Of a DNA stretch of 64,000 bases, positions 1 through 10,582 are shown in pieces. The translations under genes were made by a program, and so were the position numbers. The stretch's first letter is position 1. Every line of letters starts with the position of its first letter. This DNA is from Aestuariivita sp. (GTDB lineage: Bacteria > Pseudomonadota > Alphaproteobacteria > Rhodobacterales > Rhodobacteraceae), in contig JAPORY010000063.1 of NCBI GenBank assembly GCA_026709985.1, forward strand, positions 6,260 to 70,259, in the 5' to 3' direction. The notes below the pieces were generated by a model, which was not told the DNA's origin, did not search any database, and saw nothing but the letters and a program-made list of their open reading frames with translations.

Positions 1-387
1 GTTCATCACTTCGATCATCTCATCCCAGTAAGTGACATCTTCGAAGGCTAAATGTTCGATCGGTGCGCCAGTAATTATTAAGCCGTCAAATTTTTGGTCA
101 CGAATCTCGCTGAAGGGACGGTAGAACCGCATCATGTGCTCACGCGAAGTATGCTTCGACTCATGATTTGACATCCGAATAAAGCTGATTTCGATTTGAA
201 GTGGTCCAGCGCCGATCAGACTTGCGAACTGGACCTCTGTCTGGATCTTTGTTGGCATGAGATTGAGTAAGCCGATACGCAATGGGCGAATATCCTGGCG
301 CAAAGCTGTATCCTCAGACATTAGCGGTACGCCTTCAGCCTTCAGATTCGAAAACTCCGGATGATTAGCTGGTAACTTAATAGGCAT
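1..387 (-). CDS. metA: Homoserine O-succinyl/acetyltransferase MetA, N-terminal 129 codons (3' end lies beyond the window start)
   Basis: Hand reverse-complement translation from ATG at 385-387 gives [49 protein letters not shown]. This is colinear with the E. coli MetA N-terminus (MPIRVPDELP...IRPLKVLILNLMPKKI). It is absent from the ORF track because the window edge truncates it. Confidence 0.85.
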   Translation of the reverse strand, partial: MPIKLPANHPEFSNLKAEGVPLMSEDTALRQDIRPLRIGLLNLMPTKIQTEVQFASLIGAGPLQIEISFIRMSNHESKHTSREHMMRFYRPFSEIRDQKFDGLIITGAPIEHLAFEDVTYWDEMIEVMN

Positions 388-627
388 GATTCATGCTCGC
401 CACTATTTCTATTTTGAAGCCGACGGTCATTGTTTCAAAGAGGCAAGATCACCGGAACCGAAGATGACCCCTATCAAAAAAGTGCACATAGTTCCACTCC
501 AACAAATGCCAATGCATCCAACTGAAGCTATGCCAGATTCCGTAATGCTTTAGTCAATGCTGGGGCGTTTTGCTTTAACCTGACTGACTGGACAAGAGCG
601 AAATCCATCAGGAAACGAAGGGCGGAA

Positions 628-1494
628 CTAGTCCCGATGGTTTTGTTCGATCGCCTCGGCGACTATTTCTTCAAAAAATGAACCACTCAAGCATGCACCT
701 AGATTTGTAGCGGGAATTGTCACCCCCCAATTTGACATGGCCTGATAAATCGGTTGTCGATGTGAAACGGAGCGTTCATAAGTCCATCGTATAAAGGCAT
801 CTGGGTCGACCGAATCTTCTACGCAGTCGTGTTCTTCTAGGTAAGTTTCCCACGCGTTGGTCAGGAAGTCTGCGCGGTACGCCATTGGTTTGGGTTCTTC
901 ATCGAACCGATTGCGGAGAATGTTAACGTCGTATTCGCCGCCCTTTAGCCAGATTAAGAGTGTGTGCTCTGCAAGCTGTGATAGGATAGGATCATTCGGG
1001 TTGTGAGGATCAACCCATTCACAAATTGATCCGCCCGTATCGCAGATAAAGTCGCTTTGGCCGTGGAGTTGGCACGCCCGATTGAGAAAGTATTCTGTAT
1101 CTAAGAGTGCTTTAACCTCAGCACATCGAAACTGTTCCTGCCGACGGCGGTACTCATCAATCGGTAAGCCGCCTAGCGCACTATTTCCCGGTTTTCCCAA
1201 ATAACATGACACAGGGGTTAAATCCATGAAACCGACATTGAGCTGAATTGAAATAGCTTCGGTTTCGAGCAGTTCACGCAGTGTCGGATTTCGCTTAGCT
1301 TCTGCCACCGCATTATCGACGATATATTTTCCCATATAATGACTGCCGATTCGATAGTCGACGGAATAATGATACCAATCATATTGCTGGCTTAGGATCA
1401 TCGCCATTCGAGTCTTGCCCAAGCCAGACATGCCGAACATCGTAACTCTCTTGTGTTCTGCTGAGAGCCATTCTTCGGGAGTATTGTACAGCAT
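628..1494 (-). CDS. P-loop NTPase/kinase-like protein of unknown function
   Basis: Intact 288-aa ORF with Walker A GMSGLGKT near the N-terminus and a hydrophobic-Asp Walker-B-like element (DFICDTGGS). I recognise no more specific family. Confidence 0.6.
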   Translation of the reverse strand: MLYNTPEEWLSAEHKRVTMFGMSGLGKTRMAMILSQQYDWYHYSVDYRIGSHYMGKYIVDNAVAEAKRNPTLRELLETEAISIQLNVGFMDLTPVSCYLGKPGNSALGGLPIDEYRRRQEQFRCAEVKALLDTEYFLNRACQLHGQSDFICDTGGSICEWVDPHNPNDPILSQLAEHTLLIWLKGGEYDVNILRNRFDEEPKPMAYRADFLTNAWETYLEEHDCVEDSVDPDAFIRWTYERSVSHRQPIYQAMSNWGVTIPATNLGACLSGSFFEEIVAEAIEQNHRD

Positions 1495-1524
1495 AATGTC
1501 AAATCTGCGCCGTTATAATTCTGA

Positions 1525-2436
1525 TCAAGATGATCCGTTAGGATTAATTTTATTGAACCAATTACCGTCAAGAATAAATAAGCCCAAAGCAATGAAGAAA
1601 AAACCGACAAAGGCCGTCCAGTCAAGTGACTCATCCAAGAATGCCGCTCCTAAGAAAATGGCGACGGGCGGGATAATTAGCGTTACGAGCATGGTGTTGC
1701 CGCTACCAGAAGTTGCAATGATGTGGAAGTACAGAAGATAGGCGCCAGCGGTCGCAATCAACGAGTAATAGGCAATCGCCAACCAGGTTATAGGCATCAA
1801 ATTGAATTCCATGGGACCATCGAAAATTTGAGCCACAGGTAGGAGCAAAAGTGTCGCCATTGTGAGCATTCCAGTGGCGGCCATGATCGGAGAGAGTGTC
1901 GTCAAGTGCAGTCGTGCCCAAGCCGCCGCAAACGCATATGAGAGCGTGCCGATGAGTACCGCAAGCTGGGCAATCGAGTAAATATCAAGGCCGTCAAGGT
2001 TTTCCAAACCAATTACCGTTGCGCAGCCGGTCACACCGAGAGTTACGCCAATCAGTCTTGAGAGAGTTAATCGCTCATCGACGAAGAATAGCGCAGCAAC
2101 GAGAACAGCGAATAATGCGGTAACTGAATTTAAGATCGAAATAACCCCGGTTTCGACATGAATTTGCGCCCAGGCCATTAGCGAAAATGGAATGACATTG
2201 TTCAAGATTCCCATGATCAGGAAAGCAAACCATATGCGAGGTTCTCGGGGCACCCGCAAACGGAGTGCGATGACCAAAGCCCAAAGGACGAGCATCGCCC
2301 ACCCGGTTCGATGCAGAACTGAAGTCAAGAAAGGAACTTCCCACAGGGCAACCCGGATGGAAAAGAACGATGCTCCCCAAATCAATCCTAAGATGAAGAT
2401 TTCACCCCAAGAACGGAGAGAGATTGTCAACGGCAT
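1525..2436 (-). CDS. EamA/DMT-family membrane transporter
   Basis: 303 aa, strongly hydrophobic with about 10 predicted TM helices in two halves, typical of drug/metabolite transporter (EamA) proteins. Confidence 0.75.
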   Translation of the reverse strand: MPLTISLRSWGEIFILGLIWGASFFSIRVALWEVPFLTSVLHRTGWAMLVLWALVIALRLRVPREPRIWFAFLIMGILNNVIPFSLMAWAQIHVETGVISILNSVTALFAVLVAALFFVDERLTLSRLIGVTLGVTGCATVIGLENLDGLDIYSIAQLAVLIGTLSYAFAAAWARLHLTTLSPIMAATGMLTMATLLLLPVAQIFDGPMEFNLMPITWLAIAYYSLIATAGAYLLYFHIIATSGSGNTMLVTLIIPPVAIFLGAAFLDESLDWTAFVGFFFIALGLFILDGNWFNKINPNGSS

Positions 2437-2488
2437 TAAATAATTTAGTACTTCGAGATGTGGTTATGCGGCGTCAATTTCACTTGCG

Positions 2489-3385
2489 TTATCTGTGAAC
2501 GGACATACGGGTGTCAGACCAAACATTGAGATAAATGGCACCAAAGATGATCAATGCCCCTAGGGCGACAGCATAATCAATCTGTTCGCCGTACAAAATC
2601 CATCCAACCACGAAGATTACGGGTAGACGGGCGAATTCGAAAGGCACAACGACCGATGTCGGGGCTAATTCGAGTGCTCGACAAATGCAAACGTGGGCAA
2701 TGAGGCCCGTACAACCGATAATCATTAACCATGGCAGAGTGGCCAGAGTGGGTAAGGCAACCTTGCCGTCAATGCTGATGGTTATGATTCCCATAATCAA
2801 CTGTAGTAAAGTCATCCAGAACATGATTCCGAGCACTGACTCGAAAGTCAAAAGGCGGCGTGAGAAAATGTAAGTCAAAGCAAAAAGTAGGGCGCAGGCC
2901 GTCGCCGCCATGAGACCAGGGCTAATAGCCGCTACAGTTGGACGTGCAACAATGAGTATGCCAACAAACCCACATAATGCGGCGATGACCTTCACTCGTG
3001 TAAGCGGCTCACCCAATATGATCGGCGCTAATACCATAACCCACAAAGGGCTGGTAAATTCCAACGCAAAAACCTGCGCCAAAGGGATCGTTGCGATGGC
3101 AAAAAACCAGAGATTCTGCCCAGTGAAGTGAACAACATTTCTTAGCAAATGTGCTCGGATATTGAGCGTCGTGATTTCGTTCCAACGCTGTGACCCCCAC
3201 AAGATCGTAATGATGATTATGAGTCCGACAGTTGAGCGATAGGTCATCAACTCAAAGGTGTCGTGGGTTGTTGAAATTTGGCGACTCGCAACAGCCATTG
3301 AGGTAAAGGAAACGATAACCCCAGTCATCCACATAGCGGCTTGGGCAATATTATGGTTTTGCGGCTGAATTCTATTGGTGGGCAA
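2489..3385 (-). CDS. EamA/DMT-family membrane transporter (second copy)
   Basis: 298 aa polytopic membrane protein with two-EamA-repeat architecture, in tandem with the previous DMT gene. Confidence 0.75.
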   Translation of the reverse strand: MPTNRIQPQNHNIAQAAMWMTGVIVSFTSMAVASRQISTTHDTFELMTYRSTVGLIIIITILWGSQRWNEITTLNIRAHLLRNVVHFTGQNLWFFAIATIPLAQVFALEFTSPLWVMVLAPIILGEPLTRVKVIAALCGFVGILIVARPTVAAISPGLMAATACALLFALTYIFSRRLLTFESVLGIMFWMTLLQLIMGIITISIDGKVALPTLATLPWLMIIGCTGLIAHVCICRALELAPTSVVVPFEFARLPVIFVVGWILYGEQIDYAVALGALIIFGAIYLNVWSDTRMSVHR

Positions 3386-3828
3386 GATGACGACCGATAA
3401 TAGGGGTTTGTCGATGACACTATTGAAATATAAAGGCGGACTCTTTCAAGTCGAGCCAGCAAGCGAATCAAGAAATTCCTAATGTCTCATTGCTGAACTA
3501 TCGAACACAGAAACATAGAAGTTCTTGAGTTTAGATCAGCGTATGAATTTGGATAAATTTTATACTTCGATAGAGCAACATATTGAGGTTTGGCGTGGAA
3601 TATGGGTGTGCTGTATGCTGTATTTTCAACCCGCCCCGACACCTATCGTCGCTACCTCTTGATACAACGAGGACTATAGCAGCAAAAATACTGCGCCACG
3701 TTTGAGTAGATAAGCGCAACATGTGTAGCATTACTCGTGATGAAGTTCAGAGGCTCTGTCGGGAAGGTTTTTGGCAGGTAATATTTAATTCGTGTTCGAT
3801 TGTGATGGTTGTCGCTCTGGTAACCGCC

Positions 3829-5403
3829 TTATTCCCACTCAATGGTGCCCGGAGGCTTTGACGTTATGTCATAGGTCACGCGATTAATTCCTGAGACCTC
3901 ATTGATGATACGCGTTGCAGTTTCGCTCAAAAAGTCGTGGGAAAATGGATAGTAATCCGCTGTCATTCCGTCGACCGAGGTGACGGCCCGCAAAACGCAC
4001 GCGTAATCGTAGGTTCGACCGTCCCCCATCACCCCAACTGTGCGAACGGGTAAAATGGCAACAAAGGCTTGCCATATTTCATCATAGAGGCCGTGTCTTT
4101 TAATTTGATCAATATAAATTGCATCAGCCCGTCGCAGGATATCCAACTTACTTCGGCTGAAAGCCCCCGGACAACGAATGGCTAAACCTGGACCTGGAAA
4201 CGGGTGCCGACGAATTAATTGTTCTGGTAGTCCTAATTCACGACCCAAGGCACGGACTTCATCTTTAAAAAGTTCTCGGAGGGGTTCAACCAATTCGAGT
4301 CCGAGTTCGTCAGGTAAACCGCCAACATTGTGATGAGACTTGATGGTTTCGGACGGTCCGCCCGTTGCGGAAACGGATTCGATCACGTCAGGATACAGAG
4401 TGCCTTGCGCTAGAAACGCAACCTGTTCGATATTGGAGGCGTATTTTTGAAACACTTCAATGAACCGTTTGCCGATAATTTTCCTTTTGGTTTCGGGATC
4501 GCTCTCCCCCTCTAGTGAGTTTAAAAACAAATGCGGTTCTTCGGCAAACACCAAGGGTAATTTGAGATGCTCTTGAAAGACAGACACGACTTCTTCGGCT
4601 TCGCCCTGTCGTAACAATCCGTGATCAACAAAGATACAGGTTAGTTGATCGCCAACGGCGTGATGTGCGAGCACGGCGACGACGGCCGAGTCAATTCCTC
4701 CTGACAGTCCGCAAATCACTCTTTTTTGGCCGACCTGTTCCCGAATTTGTTGGATCGCCTGTTGTCGGTACGCCGTCATCGTCCAATTTTGTTCGATGTT
4801 AGCTATTTTCAGGAAATTCTCATAAAGTTTGTTGCCTTTGGGCGTGTGATGCACTTCGGGATGAAATTGAACGCCATAAAACTTTCGCGCGGGGTCGGCG
4901 ATTACGGCGAAAGGTGCATTGGCGGAATAGCTATAGACGTTGAAATTCTGAGGTAATTTCGACACGTGATCCCCGTGGGACATCCAGACTTGCTCTTGTC
5001 CGCCCGTGAACCATCCCGTCAAGAGGTCCAGTGGCTGTTGTTGGTCAACGAAGGCTCGACCGAACTCGGACGTTCTGGCTCCGCTCTCGGCAGCGCCACT
5101 CTGGACTTCGCCACCGAGGTCAACGGTCATAATTTGCTGACCATAACATATCGCCAAAACCGGGACTCCGAGGTCGTAAATCTCTCTCGGGGGTCGTGGT
5201 GCGGTTGCTTGGGTAGCACTTGCGGGACCGCCTGACATGATAATGGCCTTCGGCAGCATTTTCTGCAGGAGTTCGGTGGTCACTTTATGATAGGGAAAAA
5301 TTTCACAATAGGCGTTCAATTCGCGCAATCGCCGTGCAATCAACTGAGTAAATTGACTGCCAAAATCAATGATCAGGATGCGATCAACAGACTCGGTATT
5401 CAT
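3829..5403 (-). CDS. guaA: GMP synthase (glutamine-hydrolysing)
   Basis: 524 aa. N-terminal class I glutamine amidotransferase ([26 protein letters not shown]), ATP-PPase P-loop SGGIDSAV, and the canonical C-terminus KPPGTIEWE. Confidence 0.97.
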   Translation of the reverse strand: MNTESVDRILIIDFGSQFTQLIARRLRELNAYCEIFPYHKVTTELLQKMLPKAIIMSGGPASATQATAPRPPREIYDLGVPVLAICYGQQIMTVDLGGEVQSGAAESGARTSEFGRAFVDQQQPLDLLTGWFTGGQEQVWMSHGDHVSKLPQNFNVYSYSANAPFAVIADPARKFYGVQFHPEVHHTPKGNKLYENFLKIANIEQNWTMTAYRQQAIQQIREQVGQKRVICGLSGGIDSAVVAVLAHHAVGDQLTCIFVDHGLLRQGEAEEVVSVFQEHLKLPLVFAEEPHLFLNSLEGESDPETKRKIIGKRFIEVFQKYASNIEQVAFLAQGTLYPDVIESVSATGGPSETIKSHHNVGGLPDELGLELVEPLRELFKDEVRALGRELGLPEQLIRRHPFPGPGLAIRCPGAFSRSKLDILRRADAIYIDQIKRHGLYDEIWQAFVAILPVRTVGVMGDGRTYDYACVLRAVTSVDGMTADYYPFSHDFLSETATRIINEVSGINRVTYDITSKPPGTIEWE

Positions 5404-5646
5404 TGGCTAGGGTCTCCGCAAATGTGCCAGAATATGATCAAGAGTTGCATCGTGTGTACCATTCTATCAATCCATATCTATGGTGCACGCAGCTTCCAAT
5501 TCCGATCCCATAAAAGTGATCGTTGCTTCGAGATTAAGTCGGAAAAATGCCATTTCTTGAGCATAAATGACGCAAATTGTTAATGGTCAATACAACTGTA
5601 GCATTAATAGTTTTGATAGTAGCAGCAAGAAAGAGGCGCACATTCA

Positions 5647-7182
5647 ATGGTAAGAACGCGGGGCAGGGGGCGTGGCGGCGGTGCTAGTCGTCGAGCGGAG
5701 CGGAGTGCGGTACGGTTTGAGACGGCAAAGTATATTGAGCGCAACATTCCAAACTTTGATTTATTAAATGACGAAGCCATTGAGATCATTGAGACGAACA
5801 CTGATACGATTCTGGAGGAAATCGGCGTAAATTTCATCAATAATCCTGCTGCTCTAGAACGCTGGAAGGACGTCGGTGCTGAAGTCGACGGAGAGCGGGT
5901 TCACATTCCTAGAGGTTTGGCACGAAAACTATGTAGCACTGCGCCCGCATCATTCACGCAGCACGCACGGAATCCAGAAAGGTCGGTGGTGATTGGCGGC
6001 CGCAATCTGGTTTGTTCGCCAGTTTACGGCCCGCCTTTCGTACGCGATTCGGCGTATGGGCGCCGGTATGCGACTCTCAAGGATTTTCAAAACTTTGTAA
6101 AGCTGGGCTATATGTCCAAATGGCTGCATCATTCGGGCGGAACTTTGTGTGAGCCGACCGATCTTCCGGTTAACAAACGGCACTTGGACATGGTTTATTC
6201 CCATATTTCCTTAAGTGATAAGCCCTTCATGGGGTCGGTCACCGAGCCGTCACGAGCTCAAGATAGCGTTGATTTATGTCGGATTTTGTTTGGTGACAAA
6301 TTTGTCCAAGAAAACACCGTTATGACATCGCTAATCAACATTAACTCACCGATGACCTTTGACGATGTCATGATGGGCGCGTTGGAGGTATATTCTCGCA
6401 ACAATCAGGCTTGTATTATTTCGCCGTTTATTGTTGGCGGTGCTATGGCGCCAGTCTCTGTAGCTGGTATACTGACGCAGGTGCTTGCTGAAGTTTTGGC
6501 CGGGATCGGTTATTCGCAGATCATTTGTCCTGGTGCTCCAGTGATAATGGGTGCATTCGTGAGTTCGATCGATATGAAATCCGGTGCCCCAACATTTGGT
6601 ACCCCGGAAGCGTCGCAGGTAACCTATGGCGCTGGTCAACTCGCCCGCCGCTTAAACCTACCTTATCGTTCTGCGGGTTCTTATACCGGTTCGAAACTCC
6701 CCGATGCTCACGCAGCCTACGAGACTGCCAATAGTTTGAATATGGGGTTGCTTTCTGGCGTCAATTTTATGTTGCACTCGTGTGGCTGGTTGGAAGGCGG
6801 GTTGGTGGCTTCGCCCGAAAAGTTTGTCATGGATGCGGATCAACTCGGAGTTTTGCATCACTTGGCCAGAGGGATTAAGGTGGATGACAATTCTCAGGCG
6901 CTTGACGCCATATATGAGGTTGGACCGGGCGGGCACTATTTGGGTTGCGCCCATACGCAAGCTAACTATGAAACCGCTTTTTGGCAATCGGAACTGCTAG
7001 ACTACAAACCCTTTGAAACGTGGGAAGAGCAGGGCGCAAGGGATGCACAGGCTCTTGCTAGTTTGCGGGTGAGTAAGCTTCTTGAGGATTATCAACAGCC
7101 GCCTCTCGCCAGTGAGATAGACGAGGCTCTTCTTGCCTTTATCGCCAAAAGGAAAGAATCAATGATTGATGCATTTTTCTGA
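5647..7182 (+). CDS. MttB-superfamily (trimethylamine methyltransferase-like) protein, non-pyrrolysine type
   Basis: 511 aa with the Arg/Gly-rich N-terminus and overall pattern of alphaproteobacterial MttB homologues. The frame is uninterrupted, with no in-frame amber codon. No corrinoid protein gene is adjacent. Confidence 0.8.
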   Translation: MVRTRGRGRGGGASRRAERSAVRFETAKYIERNIPNFDLLNDEAIEIIETNTDTILEEIGVNFINNPAALERWKDVGAEVDGERVHIPRGLARKLCSTAPASFTQHARNPERSVVIGGRNLVCSPVYGPPFVRDSAYGRRYATLKDFQNFVKLGYMSKWLHHSGGTLCEPTDLPVNKRHLDMVYSHISLSDKPFMGSVTEPSRAQDSVDLCRILFGDKFVQENTVMTSLININSPMTFDDVMMGALEVYSRNNQACIISPFIVGGAMAPVSVAGILTQVLAEVLAGIGYSQIICPGAPVIMGAFVSSIDMKSGAPTFGTPEASQVTYGAGQLARRLNLPYRSAGSYTGSKLPDAHAAYETANSLNMGLLSGVNFMLHSCGWLEGGLVASPEKFVMDADQLGVLHHLARGIKVDDNSQALDAIYEVGPGGHYLGCAHTQANYETAFWQSELLDYKPFETWEEQGARDAQALASLRVSKLLEDYQQPPLASEIDEALLAFIAKRKESMIDAFF

Positions 7183-7374
7183 ATACGAGTTGTCGACGAG
7201 TAATAACTCGGACAACATCAGCAGAACTTTGTTCTTGCGTATCTTTAGGGTGGGGATCGCGTTTACCTTCCCACTGCAAGGAAGCATCTTTTGCCGAGAG
7301 ATCAGCGCCGACAATGCTCATGCTGCCAACTCAGTTCAAAGATGAAAGTACGGCAGATCACATTCACCCTGTCG

Positions 7375-8352
7375 TCAAGCTTCTGCAGCCCTTTGCAGTC
7401 GGGCCGCCCGTAGTTTTTCGAAATCATCGCCGGCATGATAAGAAGAACGGGTTAAAGGGCTTGAGGCGACCATTAAAAAGCCTTTGCCGTAAGCCGCCTT
7501 TTGGTACTGGCTGAATTCCTCAGGGGTCACGAATCGATCAACATGATGGTGCTTCGCTGTTGGCTGCAGGTATTGCCCGATCGTTAAGAAATCGACATCG
7601 GCGCACCGCATGTCATCCATGACGGCGTGCACTGCTTGGCGATCTTCACCGAGACCGACCATAATTCCCGACTTAGTGAACATCAAAGGATCAATTTCTT
7701 TGACTCTTTCGAGTAAGCGCAGGGAATGAAAGTAGCGTGCGCCCGGCCGCACCGCAGGATAGAGACCAGGGACGGTTTCCAGATTATGGTTGAAGACATC
7801 GGGCCGCGCCTCAACTACCAATTCAAGAACTTTTGGGTCACAATTCAAAAAATCTGGGGTTAAGATTTCTATCGTCGTGGAGCGACTTTGCTGACGAATT
7901 GCCCGGATTGTTTGCACGAAATGTCTTGCACCACCATCTTCTACATCGTCGCGATCTACTGAGGTGATCACCACATGGTTGAGGCCGAGCGTTTTTACTG
8001 CCGCTGCCACACGGCCTGGTTCAAACGGATCTAATTCAGTGGGTGGCTTTCCTGTTGCTACATTACAAAATGTACAGGCGCGGGTGCAAACCTCGCCCAT
8101 TATCATCATCGTTGCGTGACCTTGGGACCAACACTCACCTACATTTGGGCAACCGGCTTCTTCGCAAACTGTGACAAGCTTATTCTCGCGAATAATATCG
8201 CGGGTCTTGGTATATCCCGCGCCGCCCGGAGATTTTACGCGTATCCAGTCGGGCTTCTTCGGTTGCAATGTCGCTTGACGCCGTGCCTTTTCGGGATGAC
8301 GCTGTGCTGGGATTGTCAAGTCTCGCATTGGAACACCTTTAACTGTCCGCAT
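7375..8352 (-). CDS. lipA: Lipoyl synthase
   Basis: 325 aa. Auxiliary cluster motif [13 protein letters not shown] and radical-SAM motif [10 protein letters not shown], colinear with LipA. Confidence 0.95.
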   Translation of the reverse strand: MRTVKGVPMRDLTIPAQRHPEKARRQATLQPKKPDWIRVKSPGGAGYTKTRDIIRENKLVTVCEEAGCPNVGECWSQGHATMMIMGEVCTRACTFCNVATGKPPTELDPFEPGRVAAAVKTLGLNHVVITSVDRDDVEDGGARHFVQTIRAIRQQSRSTTIEILTPDFLNCDPKVLELVVEARPDVFNHNLETVPGLYPAVRPGARYFHSLRLLERVKEIDPLMFTKSGIMVGLGEDRQAVHAVMDDMRCADVDFLTIGQYLQPTAKHHHVDRFVTPEEFSQYQKAAYGKGFLMVASSPLTRSSYHAGDDFEKLRAARLQRAAEA

Positions 8353-8526
8353 TGTTGTAGGGCTCTTGCATTGCGAAACAAGGTTTGTACTACTTTCGTT
8401 GAGCAGAGATCACCATTTCGAATTTGCGACTCTGAGAACTGACTTTGAGTGTGTCCTGCAGGTCAAAAACAATCTTGACCTATCGGCGTTGCGAAATAGG
8501 GCTGATTTTGGATCGCATGCGATGGT

Positions 8527-9105
8527 CTAGCACTCGCCGCCGAGTGCTGGCTCGGCACAACTTGTGGCGACTCTTTTCTGCCATTCAAGACCTGCATTCA
8601 ACCAGCCGTTGACGGTTCTTTGGCCTTTGGTTGGTCCTGATTTGGCCCGATCTCCCTCATATCCGTCCGTAACAGTATAGACGTTTCGAAAACCGTTAGC
8701 CGCCAGCAGATTGACTGCCACAGCGCTGCGATTGCCCGAGCGACAAATAAATACGATTGGATGATCAGGGTTGATGCTGCGCTTTTGTAAGAGAGCCGAC
8801 ATTCCGGGGAAGAATTGCTGGTTCAACTTGGACTTTCCACTGTTGTTTGCCAGCGTTAAAGGAATGAACGCATCAATTCCGGCGGCAAGGCCAGTTTTAT
8901 CGACTTCTTGTGGGGTTCGCACATCAATGAAGAGCGCAGAAGGGGTTGCTTCGAGAAATTCGTCGGTTTCGGTGGCGGTTAGGTAGAGACCTAAAACGGT
9001 TTGTTTTGAATTCGGTAGAGAAGTGCCGCTCGCGGTTTGTGCAACAAAAACGCTGATGATAAAGCTGAGAACAATTTTCGGCATGACATACATCCACGAC
9101 AGCAT
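8527..9105 (-). CDS. Secreted rhodanese-domain sulfurtransferase
   Basis: 192 aa with an N-terminal hydrophobic signal-like segment and rhodanese active-site loop FICRSGNRS. Confidence 0.75.
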   Translation of the reverse strand: MLSWMYVMPKIVLSFIISVFVAQTASGTSLPNSKQTVLGLYLTATETDEFLEATPSALFIDVRTPQEVDKTGLAAGIDAFIPLTLANNSGKSKLNQQFFPGMSALLQKRSINPDHPIVFICRSGNRSAVAVNLLAANGFRNVYTVTDGYEGDRAKSGPTKGQRTVNGWLNAGLEWQKRVATSCAEPALGGEC

Positions 9106-9244
9106 TAGATACCAGTAAATAAAACATCGTTTTTTTCGTCAACAGTTCTTACCCGTTGGTTTCCTTTGGGCGAGAATTACTGTTTCAATTTCCCACCTTA
9201 GTACTTTCTTGAAGGGCGTTTAGCAAGATAGTGGTTAAGTTGTT

Positions 9245-9694
9245 ATGACATCACATTCAGAATCGCGTTGGCTGCCTTATGAGGCAAAGAAGATGTACGA
9301 TCTTGTTGCCAATGTTGACGAGTACCCTGATTTTCTTCCTTGGTGTTCTGCCGCTCGTGTCCGTTCAATGGAAAATCATGATGACCACACGATTATATAT
9401 GCTGATTTAGTGATTTCTTTTCGCGTATTTCGTGAGTCATTTTCGAGCCGTGTTGTTCTGAATGAGCAAAAGCTGATTATTGATACTGAATATATTGATG
9501 GTCCGTTTCGCCATTTGAAGTCGCAATGGTCATTTGTATCGTCGGGCGATGGCTGCGAGGTGAATTTCTATGTTGATTTTGAGTTTCGCAATGCCATTTT
9601 GCGGCGCATTATTGGCGTGGTTTTTAACGAGGCTATGCAGAGAATCGTAAAGGCTTTTGAGAATCGCGCCGCTGCGCTATATTCCAACAGGTAA
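9245..9694 (+). CDS. ratA: SRPBCC-fold RatA/Coq10-like protein (polyketide cyclase/dehydrase family)
   Basis: 149 aa. The pattern YDLVANVDEYPDFLPWC is typical of RatA/Coq10. Its position next to lipA matches the alphaproteobacterial synteny I recall. Confidence 0.75.
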   Translation: MTSHSESRWLPYEAKKMYDLVANVDEYPDFLPWCSAARVRSMENHDDHTIIYADLVISFRVFRESFSSRVVLNEQKLIIDTEYIDGPFRHLKSQWSFVSSGDGCEVNFYVDFEFRNAILRRIIGVVFNEAMQRIVKAFENRAAALYSNR

Positions 9695-9861
9695 GAGACT
9701 GGCTTAGCGTTAATTCTTGAAATGTTGTTTTACCACCAAAGAGTTTTGTAAACGCTCCAAACGCAGGCGCCGATATCGAAACGACATCCTTGGTATTGAT
9801 AAACACGTGCGCCAGAGCTGTTAACATCATAAGTGACAGCGTCCGCCATATTTCTATGCAG

Positions 9862-10386
9862 TCAACGGTTTAATCTGTTGAGCAGCATTTCGAGAGCGTG
9901 CTCGCACGCAGCCTTTCGCACTTGATCTCTTCCGAGGGGTCCGAAGTCAATGGTTTCCGACAGCGTTGACCGCTCAGAGACATCTGAGAGTCCGAAGCAA
10001 ACGCGGCCTTCTGGTTTTTGATTGCTACTGCCGGGGCCAGCAACGCCGGTAATGGAAATCGCAATGTGTGCATTTGAATTCCGTTGTGCCCCGTCAGCCA
10101 TTTCTCGTGCTACGGCCTCCGATACTGCGCCATCGCGTTCTATGGTTATCATTGAGACCCCAAGTAGGTCGACTTTCGCGACATTGGAGTAGGTAACAAA
10201 TCCTCGATCAAAAACCTCCGAGGCGCCAGCGACGGCGGTTAAGGCTGACGAAAGCACGCCGCCGGTACAACTCTCGGCGGTTGAAATTATCCGTTGCGCC
10301 GCCTTTGCCTTTGCTAAAATTTCATCGACTCTCATTGACTTCCGCTCATGGTTCGAAAGCTCTGTTGTTTGATCTATCCGTGACAT
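9862..10386 (-). CDS. pncC: CinA C-terminal-domain protein / nicotinamide-nucleotide amidohydrolase PncC-like
   Basis: AESCTGG motif and ITGVAGPG motif of the CinA_C family. The true start may be the internal Met at 10335 (MRVDEILAKA...). Confidence 0.8.
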   Translation of the reverse strand: MSRIDQTTELSNHERKSMRVDEILAKAKAAQRIISTAESCTGGVLSSALTAVAGASEVFDRGFVTYSNVAKVDLLGVSMITIERDGAVSEAVAREMADGAQRNSNAHIAISITGVAGPGSSNQKPEGRVCFGLSDVSERSTLSETIDFGPLGRDQVRKAACEHALEMLLNRLNR

Positions 10387-10582
10387 TGCTTACGGACGAT
10401 ATATTGTTCATTAACCAATTGGTAGACAGTAGAAAGGTTAATAGGTTTGCAGAATAACTTGAAAATGGGTTGGCTGCGTCTTTCTGTGAGACTCACGTAA
10501 CTCTTGCATCGTGCGTTAACTTGTTTTGTTGTTCAGCCAAGTAGAAACTGCTAACGCGGATAAGATTTTGAAAGGCGATTTA

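Noticed and set aside
388-627. Possible SAM-II (metA-motif) riboswitch in the 240-nt leader upstream of metA on the minus strand. The segment GGAUUUCGCUCUUG...UUAAAGCAAAACG loosely resembles the U-rich strand / GCUU / AAAGC elements.
   Set aside because: The pseudoknot pairing is imperfect (GCUCUU against AAAGC), and I cannot reproduce the consensus from memory with confidence. An Rfam covariance-model scan (RF00521, and SAM-V) is needed. Not reported as a feature.
5647-7182. Checked the MttB-family gene for an in-frame amber (pyrrolysine) codon.
   Set aside because: The frame is continuous for 511 codons, so there is no evidence of Pyl decoding.
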